A DNA stretch of 64,000 nt from Eledone cirrhosa (lineage: Eukaryota). Where the stretch lies: positions 21,266,001 to 21,330,000 of the forward strand of contig OZ024753.1 in assembly GCA_964016885.1 (NCBI GenBank). The letters are read 5' to 3'. The notes beneath the pieces were generated by a model. That model was not told the DNA's origin and did no database searches. It saw only the letters and a program-made list of their open reading frames with translations. Every line of letters begins with the position of its first letter. Positions within the stretch are counted from its first letter, which is position 1. Positions 53,066 through 64,000 of the stretch are shown one piece after another. Position numbers and translations under genes: made by a program.

Positions 53066-54189
53066 GGTCTGTTAAGTCAAGAGACAGTTTGAGACTGGTC
53101 TATTAAGACAAGAGACAGGGCTATTAAGCGAATAACCCAGTCTGAGACTGGGCTGTGAAGGCAAGAGACAGTCTGAGACTGGGTTATTAAGACAAGAGCC
53201 AGTTTGGGACTGGTCTGTTAAGACAAGAGACAGTCTGAGACTGGTCTGTTAAGATGAGAGACTGTATGAGACTGGTCTGTTAAAACAAGTGACAGTTTGA
53301 GACTGGTCTTTTAAGATAAGAGCCAGTTTGAGACTGTGCAATTAAGACAAGAGACAGTTTGAGATGGGCTATTAATATAAGAGACAGTTTGAGGCTGGTC
53401 TGTTAATATAAGAGACAGTTTGAGACTCATCTGTTAAGACAAGAGTCAGTTTGAGACTGGTCTAATAAGACAAGAGATTGTTTGAGACTGGGCTGTTAAG
53501 ACAAGACAACAGTCTGAAATTGGTCTATTAAGACAAGAGACAGTGTGAGACTGGTCTATTATAACAAGAGACAGTCTGAGACTGGTCTGTTAAGATAAGA
53601 GACAGTTTGAGACTGGGTTATTATGACAACAGCCAGTTCGAGACTGATCTATTAAGGTAAGAGTCTGACTCAGACTTGTCTGTTAAGACAAGATATATTA
53701 TGAGACTGGTCTATTAAGACAAGAGCCAGTTTGAGACTGGGCTATTAAGACAAGTGCCAGTTTGAAACTGGGCTTTTAAGACAAGAGACAGTCTGAGACT
53801 GGTCTATGAAGACAAGAGCCAACTTGAGAGTGGGCTATTAAGACAAGAGATTGTTTGAGACTGGGCTGTTAAGACAAAAGACAGTTTGAGACTGGTCTGT
53901 TAAGTCAAGAGACAGTTTCAGACTGGTCTATTAAGACAAGAGACAGGGCTATTAAGCGAATAAACAGTCTGAGACTGGGTTATTAAGACAAGTGCCGGTT
54001 TGAGACTGGTCTGTTAAGATAAGAGTCTGACTGAGACTGGCTGAGACTTGTCTGTTAAGACAAGAGATATTATGAGACTGGTCTATAAAGACAAGTGCCA
54101 GTTTGAAACTGGGCTTTTAAGACAAGAGACAGTCTGAGACTGGTCTATGAAGACAAGAGCCAACTTGAGAGTGGTCTATTAAGACAAGA

Positions 54190-57100
54190 GACAGTTTGAG
54201 ACTGGGCTATTAAGAGAATAAACAGTCTGAGACTGGGTTATTAAGACAAGAACAAGTTTGAGACTGGTCTGTTAAGATAAGACCCAGACTGAGACAAGAC
54301 AGGTCTGTTAAGATAATAGACAGTCTGAGACTGGTCTGTTAAAACAAGAGACAGTTTAAGATTGGGCTATTGAGACAAGTGACGGTTTGAGACTGGGCTA
54401 ATAAGACAAAAGACAGTTTGAAACTGGGTTATTAACACGAGAGACAGTCTGAGACTAGGCTAGTATCACAAGAGACAGTTTGAGACTGGTCTGTTAATAT
54501 TTGAGCCAGTTTGAGACTGGGCTATTAAGATGAGACAGTTTGAGACTGGGCTATTAAGACAAGAGTCAGTTTCAGACTGGTCTATTAATATAAGAGACAA
54601 TCTGAGACTAGTCTGTTAAAATAAGAGACAGTTTTTGTCTGGGTTGTTAAGACAAGAGCCAGCTTGAGACTGGTCTGTTAAGACAAGAGACAGTTTGAGA
54701 TTGGTATGTTAAGACAAGATACAGTCTGAGACTGGGTTATTAAGACAAGAGACAGTCTGCGACTGGTCTGTTAAGTCATGAGACAGTTTGAGACTCTTCT
54801 GTTAAGATAAGAGACAGTTTGAGACTGTGCATTTAAGACAAGAAACAGTTTGAGACTGGGCTATTAAGATAAGAGACAGTTTGAGACTGGGTTATTCAGA
54901 CAAGAGACAGTTTGAGACTGGGTTATTAAGACAAGAGACAGTTTGAGGCTGGTCTGTTAATATAAGAGACAGCCTCAGACTGGTCTGTTAAGACAAGAGT
55001 CAGTTTGAGACTGGACTATTAAGACAAGAGCCAGTTTGAGACTGGACTATTAAGACAAGTGATTGTTTGAGACTGGGCTGTTAAGACAAGAGACAGTTTG
55101 AGACTGGTCTGTTAAGTCAAGAGACAGTTTGAGACTGGTCTATTAAGACAAGAGACAGGGCTATTAAGCGAATAAACAGTCTGAGACTGGGCTGTGAAGG
55201 CAAGAGACAGTCTGAGACTGGGTTATTAAGACAAGAGCCAGTTTGGGACTGGTCTGTTAAGACAAGAGACAGTCTGAGACTGGTCTGTTAAGATAAGAGA
55301 CTGTATGAGACTGGTTGTTTAAAACAAGTGACAGTTTGAGACTGGTCTTTTAAGATAAGAGCCTGTTTGAGACTGGTCTTTTAAGATAAGAGCCAGTTTG
55401 AGACTGGGCTTTTGAGACAAGCGACAGTTTGAGACTGTGCAATTAAGACAAGAGACGGTTTGAGATGGGCTATTAAGATAAGAGACAGTTTGAGGCTGGT
55501 CTGTTAATATAAGAGACAGTTTGAGACTCGTCTGTTAAGACAAGAGTCAGTTTGAGACTGGTCTATTAAGATAAGAGATTGTTTGAGATTGGTCTATTAA
55601 GACAAGAGACAGTGTGAGACTGGTCTATTATAACAAGAGACAGTCTGAGACTGGTCTGTTACAACAAGAGACAGTTTGAGACTGGTCTTTTAAGATAAGA
55701 GCCAGTTTGAGACTGGGCTTTTAAGACAAGAGACAGTTCAAGACTGTGCAATTAAGACAAGAGACAGTTTGAGATGGGCTATTAAGATAAGAGACTGTTT
55801 GAGGCTGGTCTGTTAATATAAGAAACAGTTTGAGACTGGTCTGTTAAGACAAGAGTCAGTTTGACACTGGTCTATTAAGACAAGACATTGTTTGAGACTG
55901 GGCTGTTAAGACAAGAGTCACTCTGAGATTAGTCTATTAAGACAAGAGACAGTCTGAGCCTTGTCTATTAAGACAAGAGACAGTGTGAGACTGGTCTAAT
56001 ATAACAAGAGACAGTCTGAGACTGGTCTGTTAAGATAAGAGACAGTTTGGGACTGGGTTATTGTGACAACATCCAGTTCGAGACTTATCTATAAAGGTAA
56101 GAGTCTGACTGAGACTTGTCTGTTAAGACAAGAGATATTATGAGACTGGTATATTAAGACAAGAGCCAGTTTGAGACTGGGCTATTATGACAAGAGCCAG
56201 TTTGAAACTGGGCTTTTAAGACAAGAGACAGTCTGAGACTGGGCTATTAAGAGAATAAAAAGTGTGAGACTGGGTTATTAAGACAAGAGCCAGTTTGAGA
56301 CTGGTCTGTTAAGATAAGACCCAGACTGAGACAAGACAGGTCTGTTAAGATAATAGACAGTCTGAGACTGCTCTGTTAAAACAAGAGACAGTTTAAGATT
56401 GGGCTATTAAGACAAGTGACGGTTTGAGACTGGGTTATTAACACAACAGACAGTCTGAGACTAGGCTATTAAGACAAGAGACAGTTTGAGACTGGTCTGT
56501 TAAGTTTTGAGCCAGTTTGAGACTGGGCTATTAAGATGAGACAGTTTGAGACTGGGCTATTAAGACAAGAGTCAGTTTGAGACTGGGCTATTAAGACAAG
56601 AGATTGTTTGAGACTGGGCTGTTAAGACAAAAGACAGTTTGAGACTGGTCTGTTAAGTCAAGAGACAGTTTCAGACTGGTCTATTAAGACAAGAGACAGG
56701 GCTATTAAGCGAATAAACAGTCTGAGACTGGGTTATTAAGACAAGTGCCGGTTTGAGACTGGTCTGTTAAGATAAGAGTCTGACTGAGACTGGCTGAGAC
56801 TTGTCTGTTAAGACAAGAGATATTATGAGACTGGTCTATTAAGACAAGAGCCAGTTTGAGACTGGGCTATTAAGACAAGTGCCAGTTTGAAACTGGGCTT
56901 TTAAGACAAGAGACAGTCTGAGACTGGTCTATGAAGACAATAGCCAACTTGAGAGTGGTCTATTAAGACAAGAGACAGTTTGAGACAGGGCTATTAGGAG
57001 AATAAACAGTCTGAGACTGGGTTATTAAGACAAGAGCCGGTTTGAGACTGGTCTGTTAAGATAAGACCCAGACTGAGACAAGACAGGTTTGTTAAGATAA

Positions 57101-60100
57101 TAGACAGTCTAAGACTGGTTTGGTAAAACAAGAGACAGTTTGAGATTGGGCTATTAAGACAAGTGACGGTTTGAGACTGGGTGATAAGACAAAAGACAGT
57201 TTGAAACTGGGTTATGAGCACAATAGACAGTCTGAGACTAGGCTATTAAGACAAGAGACAGTTTGAGACTGGTCTGTTAAGATTAGAGCCAGTTTGAGAC
57301 TGGGCTATTAAGATGAGACAGTTTGAGACTGGGCTATTAAGACTAGAGCCAGTTTGAGACTGTTCTGTTAAGATAAGAGACAGTTTGAGACTGTGCAATT
57401 AAGACAAGAAACAGGTTGAGACTGGGCTATTAAGATAAGAGACAGTTTGAGACTGGGTTATTCAGACAAGAGACAGTTTGAGACTGGGTTATTAAGACAA
57501 GAGACAGTTTGAGGCTGGTCTGATAATATAAGAGACAGCCTGAGACTGGTCTGTTAAGACAAGAGTCAGTTTGAGACTGGGCTATTAAGACAAGAGCCAG
57601 TTTGAGACTTGTTTATTAAGACAAGAGATTGTTTGAGACTGGGCTGTTAAGACAAGAGACAGTTTGAGACTGATCTGCTAAGTCAAGAGACAGTTTCAGA
57701 CTGGTCTATTAAGACAAGAGACAGGGCTATTAAGCGAATAAACAGTCTGAGACTGGGCTGTGAAGGCAAGAGACAGTCTAAGACTGGGTTATTAAGACAA
57801 GAGCCAGTTTGGGACTGGTCTGTTAAGACAAGAGAAAGTCTGAGACTGGTCTGTTAAGATAATGACTGTATGAGACTGGTCTGTTAAAACAAGTGACAGT
57901 TTGAGACTGGTCTTTTAAGATAAGAGCCAGTTTGAGACTGTGCAATTAAGACAAGAGACATTTGAGATGGGCTATTAAGATAAGAGACAGTTTGAGGCTG
58001 GTATGTTAATATAAGAGACAGTTTGAGACTCGTCTGTTAAGACAAGAGTCAGTTTGAGACTGGTCTATTAAGACAAGAGATTGTTTGAGACTGGGCTGTT
58101 AAGACATGAGACAGTCTGAGATTGGTCTATTAAGACAAGAGACAGTTTGAGACTGGTCTATTATAACAAGAGACAGTCTGAGACTGGTCTGTTAAGATAA
58201 GAGACAGTTTGAGACTGGGTTATTATGACAAAAGCCATTTCGAGACTGATCTATTAAGATCAGAGTCTGACTGAGACTGGCTGAGACTTGTCTGTTAAGA
58301 CAAGAGATATTATGAGACTGGTCTATTAAGACAAGAGCCAGTTTGAGACTGGGCTATTAAGACATGTGCCAGTTTGAAACTGGGCTTTTAAGACAAGAGA
58401 CAGTCTGAGTCTGGTCTATGAAGACAAGAGACAGTCTGAGACTGGTCTATTAAGACATGAGCCAACTTGAGACTGGTCTATTAAGACAAGAGACAGTTTG
58501 AGACTGGGCTATTAAGAGAATAAACAGTCTGAGACTGGGTTATTAAGACAAGAGCCGGTTTGAGATTGGTCTGTTAAGATAAGACCCAGACTGAGACAAG
58601 ACAGGTCTGTTAAGATAATAGACAGTCTGAGACTGGTCTGGTAAAACAAGAGACAGTTTTAGATTGGGCTATTAAGACAAGTGACGGTTTGAGACTGGGT
58701 GATAAGACAAAAGACAGTTTGAAACTGGGTTATTAGCACAACAGACAGTCTGAGACTAGGCTATTAAGACAAGAGACAGTTTGAGACTGGTCTGTTAAGA
58801 CAAGAGCCAGTTTGAGACTGGGCAATTAAGATGAGACAGTTTGAGACTGGGCTATTAAGACTAGAGCCAGTTTCAGACTGGTCTATTAAGATAAGAGATA
58901 GTCTGAGACTAGTCTGTTAAAATAAGAGACAGTTTTTGTCTGGGTTATTAAGACAAGAGCCAGCTTGAGACTGGTCTGTTAAGACAAGAGACAGTTTGAG
59001 ATTGGTATGTTAAGACAAGATACAGTTTGAGACTGGGTTATTAAGACAAGAGACAGTCTACGACTGGTCTGTTAAGTCATGAGACAGTTTGAGACTGGTC
59101 TGTTAAGATAAGAGATAGTTTCTGACTACTCTATTAAGACAAGAGCCAGTTTGAGACTGTTCTGTTAAGATAAGAGACAGTTTTAGACTGGGTTATTCAG
59201 ACAAGAGACAGTTTGAGACTGGGTTATTAAGACAAGAGACAGTTTGAGGCTGGTCTGTTAATATAGGAGACAGCCTGAGACTGGTCTGTTAAGACAAGAG
59301 TCAGTTTGAGACTGGGCTATTATGACAAGAGCCGGTTTGAAACTGGGCTTTTAAGACAAGAGACAGTCTGAGACTGGTCTATGAAGACAAGAGACAGTCT
59401 AAGACTGGTCTATTAAGACAAGATCCAGTTTGAGACTGGTCTATTAAGACAAGAGACAGTTTGAGACTGGGCTATTAAGACAAGAGCCAATTTCAGACTG
59501 GTCTATTAAGATAAGAGACAGTCTGAGAATAGTCTGTTAAAATAAGAGACAGTTTTTGTCTGGGTTATTAAGACAAGAGACAGTTTGAGATTGGTATGTT
59601 AAGACAAGATACAGTCTGAGACTGGGTTATTAAGACAAGAGACAGTCTGCGACTGGTCTGTTAAGTCATGAGACAGTTTGAGACTGGTCTGTTAAGACAA
59701 GAGACAGTTTGAGACTGTGCAATTAAGACAAGAAACAGTTTGAGACTGGGCTATTAAGATAAGAGACAGTTTGAGACTGGGTTATTCAGACAAGAGACAG
59801 TTTGAGACTGGGTTATTAAGACAATAGACAGTTTGAGGCTGGTCTGTTAATATAAGAGACAGCCTGAGACTGGTCTGTTAAGACAAGAGTCAGGTTGAGA
59901 CTGGGCTATTAAGACAAGAGCCAGTTTGAGACTGGTCTATTAAGACAAGAGACAGTTTGAGACTGGGCTATTAAGAGAATAAACAGTCTGAGACTGGGTT
60001 ATTAAGACAAGAACAAGTTTGAGACTGGTCTGTTAAGATAAGACCCAGACTGAGACAAGACAGGTCTGTTAAGATAATAGACAGTCTGAGACTGGTCTGT

Positions 60101-63100
60101 TAAAACAAGAGACAGTTTAAGATTGGGCTATTGAGACAAGTGACGGTTTGAGACTGGGCTAATAAGACAAAAGACAGTTTGAAACTGGGTTATTAACACG
60201 AGAGACAGTCTGAGACTAGGCTAGTATCACAAGAGACAGTTTGAGACTGGTCTGTTAATATTTGAGCCAGTTTGAGACTGGGCTATTAAGATGAGACAGT
60301 TTGAGACTGGGCTATTAAGACAAGAGCCAGTTTCAGACTGGTCTATTAAGATAAGAGACAGTCTGAGAATAGTCTGTTAAAATAAGAGACAGTTTTTGTC
60401 TGGGTTATTAAGACAAGAGCCAGCTTGAGACTGGTCTGTTAAGACAAGAGACAGTTTGAGATTGGTATGTTAAGACAAGATACAGTCTGAGACTGGGTTA
60501 TTAAGACAAGAGACAGTCTGCGACTGGTCTGTTAAGTCATGAGACAATATGAGACTGGTCTGTTAAGATAAGAGACAGTTTGAGACTGTGCAATTAAGAC
60601 AAGAAACAGTTTCAGACTGGGCTATTAAGATAAGAGACAGTTTGAGACTGGGTTATTAAGACAATAGACAGTTTGAGGCTGGTCTGTTAATATAAGAGAC
60701 AGCCTGAGACTGGTCTGTTAAGACAAGAGTCAGTTTGAGACTGGGCTATTAAGACAAGAGCCAGTTTCAGACTGGTCTATTAAGATAAGAGACAATCTGA
60801 GACTAGTCTGTTAAAATAAGAGACAGTTTTTGTCTGGGTTGTTAAGACAAGAGCCAGCTTGAGACTGGTCTGTTAAGACAAGAGACAGTTTGAGATTGGT
60901 ATGTTAAGACAAGATACAGTCTGAGACTGGGTTATTAAGACAAGAGACAGTCTGCGACTGGTCTGTTAAGTCATGAGACAGTTTGAGACTCTTCTGTTAA
61001 GATAAGAGACAGTTTGAGACTGTGCAATTAAGACAAGAAACAGTTTGAGACTGGGCTATTAAGATAAGAGACAGTTTGAGACTGGGTTATTCAGACAAGA
61101 GACAGTTTGAGACTGGGTTATTAAGACAAGAGACAGTTTGAGGCTGGTCTGTTAATATAAGAGACAGCCTCAGACTGGTCTGTTAAGACAAGAGTCAGTT
61201 TGAGACTGGACTATTAAGACAAGAGCCAGTTTGAGACTGGACTATTAAGACAAGTGATTGTTTGAGACTGGGCTGTTAAGACAAGAGACAGTTTGAGACT
61301 GGTCTGTTAAGTCAAGAGACAGTTTGAGACTGGTCTATTAAGACAAGAGACAGGGCTATTAAGCGAATAAACAGTCTGAGACTGGGCTGTGAAGGCAAGA
61401 GACAGTCTGAGACTGGGTTATTAAGACAAGAGCCAGTTTGGGACTGGTCTGTTAAGACAAGAGACAGTCTGAGACTGGTCTGTTAAGATAAGAGACTGTA
61501 TGAGACTGGTTTGTTAAAACAAGTGACAGTTTGAGACTGGTCTTTTAAGATAAGAGCCAGTTTGAGACTGGTCTTTTAAGATAAGAGCCAGTTTGAGACT
61601 GGGCTTTTGAGACAAGCGACAGTTTGAGACTGTGCAATTAAGGCAAGAGACGGTTTGAGATGGGCTATTAAGATAAGAGACAGTTTGAGGCTGGTCTGTT
61701 AATATAAGAGACAGTTTGAGACTCGTCTGTTAAGACAAGAGTCAGTTTGAGACTGGTCTATTAAGATAAGAGATTGTTTGAGATTGGTCTATTAAGACAA
61801 GAGACAGTGTGAGACTGGTCTATTATAACAAGAGACAGTCTGAGACTGGTCTGTTACAACAAGAGACAGTTTGAGACTGGTCTTTTAAGATAAGAGCCAG
61901 TTTGAGACTGGGCTTTTAAGACAAGAGACAGTTCAAGACTGTGCAATTAAGACAAGAGACAGTTTGAGATGGGCTATTAAGATAAGAGACTGTTTGAGGC
62001 TGGTCTGTTAATATAAGAAACAGTTTGAGACTGGTCTGTTAAGACAAGAGTCAGTTTGACACTGGTCTATTAAGACAAGACATTGTTTGAGACTGGGCTG
62101 TTAAGACAAGAGTCACTCTGAGATTAGTCTATTAAGACAAGAGACAGTCTGAGCCTTGTCTATTAAGACAAGAGACAGTGTGAGACTGGTCTAATATAAC
62201 AAGAGACAGTCTGAGACTGGTCTGTTAAGATAAGAGACAGTTTGAGACTGGGTTATTGTGACAACATCCAGTTCGAGACTTATCTATAAAGGTAAGAGTC
62301 TGACTGAGACTTGTCTGTTAAGACAAGAGATATTATGAGACTGGTATATTAAGACAAGAGCCAGTTTGAGACTGGGCTATTATGACAAGAGCCAGTTTGA
62401 AACTGGGCTTTTAAGACAAGAGACAGTCTGAGACTGGGCTATTAAGAGAATAAAAAGTGTGAGACTGGGTTATTAAGACAAGAGCCAGTTTGAGACTGGT
62501 CTGTTAAGATAAGACCCAGACTGAGACAAGACAGGTCTGTTAAGATAATAGACAGTCTGAGACTGGTCTGTTAAAACAAGAGACAGTTTAAGATTGGGCT
62601 ATTAAGACAAGTGACGGTTTGAGACTGGGTTATTAACACAACAGTCAGTCTGAGACTAGGCTATTAAGACAAGAGACAGTTTGAGACTGGTCTGTTAAGT
62701 TTTGAGCCAGTTTGAGACTGGGCTATTAAGATGAGACAGTTTGAGACTGGGCTATTAAGACAAGAGCCAGTTTCAGACTGGTCTATTAAGATAAGAGACA
62801 GTCTGAGACTAGTCTGTTAAAATAAGAGACAGTTTTTATTTGGGTTATTAAGACAAGAGCCAGCTTGAGACTGGTCTTTTAAGACAAGAGACAGTTTGAG
62901 ATTGGTATGTTAAGACAAGATACAGTCTGAGACTGGGTTATTAAGAAAAGAGACAGTCTGCGACTGGTCTGTTAAGTCATGAGACAGTTTGAGACTCTTC
63001 TGTTAAGATAAGAGACAGTTTGAGACTGTGCAATTAAGACAAGACACAGTTTGAGACTGGGCTATTATGATAAGAGACAGTTTGAGACTGGGTTATTCAG

Positions 63101-64000
63101 ACAAGAGACAGTTTGAGACTGGGTTATTAAGACAACAGACAGTTTGAGGCTGGTCTGTTAATATAAGAGACAGCCTGAGACTGGTCTGTTAAGACAAGAG
63201 TCAGTTTGAGACTGGGCTATTAAGACAAGAGCCAGTTTGAGACTGGTCTATTAAGACAAGAGATTGTTTGAGACTGGGCTGTTAAGACAAAAGACAGTTT
63301 GAGACTGGTCTGTTAAGTCAAGAGACAGTTTCAGACTGGTCTATTAAGACAAGAGACAGGGCTATTAAGCGAATAAACAGTCTGAGACTGGGTTATTAAG
63401 ACAAGTGCCGGTTTGAGACTGGTCTGTTAAGATAAGAGTCTGACTGAGACTGGCTGAGACTTGTCTGTTAAGACAAGAGATATTATGAGACTGGTCTATT
63501 AAGACAAGAGCCAGTTTGAAACTGGGCTTTTAAGACACGAGACAGTCTGAGACTGGTCTATGAAGACAATAGCCAACTTGAGAGTGGTCTATTAAGACAA
63601 GAGACAGTTTGAGACTGGGCTATTAAGAGAATAAACAGTCTGAGACTGGGTTATTAAGACAAGAGCCGGTTTGAGACTGGTCTGTTAAGATAAGACCCAG
63701 ACTGAGACAAGACAGGTTTGTTAAGATAATAGACAGTCTAAGACTGGTTTGGTAAAACAAGAGACAGTTTGAGATTGGGCTATTAAGACAAGTGACGGTT
63801 TGAGACTGGGTGATAAGACAAAAGACAGTTTGAAACTGGGTTATGAGCACAATAGACAGTCTGAGACTAGGCTATTAAGACAAGAGACAGTTTGAGACTG
63901 GTCTGTTAAGATTAGAGCCAGTTTGAGACTGGGCTATTAACATGAGACAGTTTGAGACTGGGCTATTAAGACTAGAGCCAGTTTGAGACTGTTCTGTTAA
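54190..64000 (+). repeat. Mosaic duplicated blocks (offsets 5761, 6195 and 6629 bp)
   Basis: 54241/60002 (5761); 54961/61156 and 56061/62256 (6195); identical translated ORFs at 56994/63623 (6629). Confidence 0.85.

Larger units (their letters stand above)
10960..64000 (+). repeat. 31-bp satellite DNA array (~1,700 monomers, continuing past the window end)
   Basis: Continuous head-to-tail repeats, consensus AAGAYAAGAGACAGTYTGAGACTGGKYTRTT (e.g. 10981-11011, 11012-11042). Single orientation, purine-rich plus strand, no interspersed TE seen. Confidence 0.99.

Noticed and set aside
29652-63850. Minus-strand ORFs in the satellite resembling a 31-aa leucine-rich repeat protein
   Set aside because: Each monomer contains TTAA, giving TAA on both strands, so every frame closes about every 93 bp. 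The ORFs appear only where TTAA is mutated, and frameshifting indels are common.
10960-64000. CRISPR array (31-bp, partly palindromic repeats)
   Set aside because: Monomers are directly adjacent with no unique spacers, there are no cas genes, and the context is eukaryotic TEs.

Overview
Eukaryotic, gene-free window. The SINE/LINE repertoire and TA/TG microsatellites resemble a cephalopod (Octopus-like) genome; this is an inference from remembered repeat motifs. Bases 1-~10.9 kb are decayed transposable elements. They include an internally deleted Helitron (PIF1-type helicase motifs, intact-looking hairpin+CTAG 3' end), tRNA-derived SINE fragments, a possible piggyBac-type MITE, a 5'-truncated RTE-type LINE with a PHD-type finger inside its RT region, a short bipartite RTE derivative, a ~500-bp element with a type I hammerhead-ribozyme motif, and a Penelope-like remnant with a GIY-YIG endonuclease absent from the ORF track. 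From ~10.96 kb to the window end (~53 kb, about 1,700 monomers) runs one uninterrupted head-to-tail 31-bp satellite, consensus AAGAYAAGAGACAGTYTGAGACTGGKYTRTT. Each monomer is quasi-palindromic. The array carries nested in-register kilobase duplications (offsets 1920, 2323, 3746, 1860, 5964-5965, 5761, 6195 and 6629 bp) and regional variant domains. It starts just inside a mariner-TIR-like motif. No intact host gene, rRNA, true tRNA or CRISPR array is supported.
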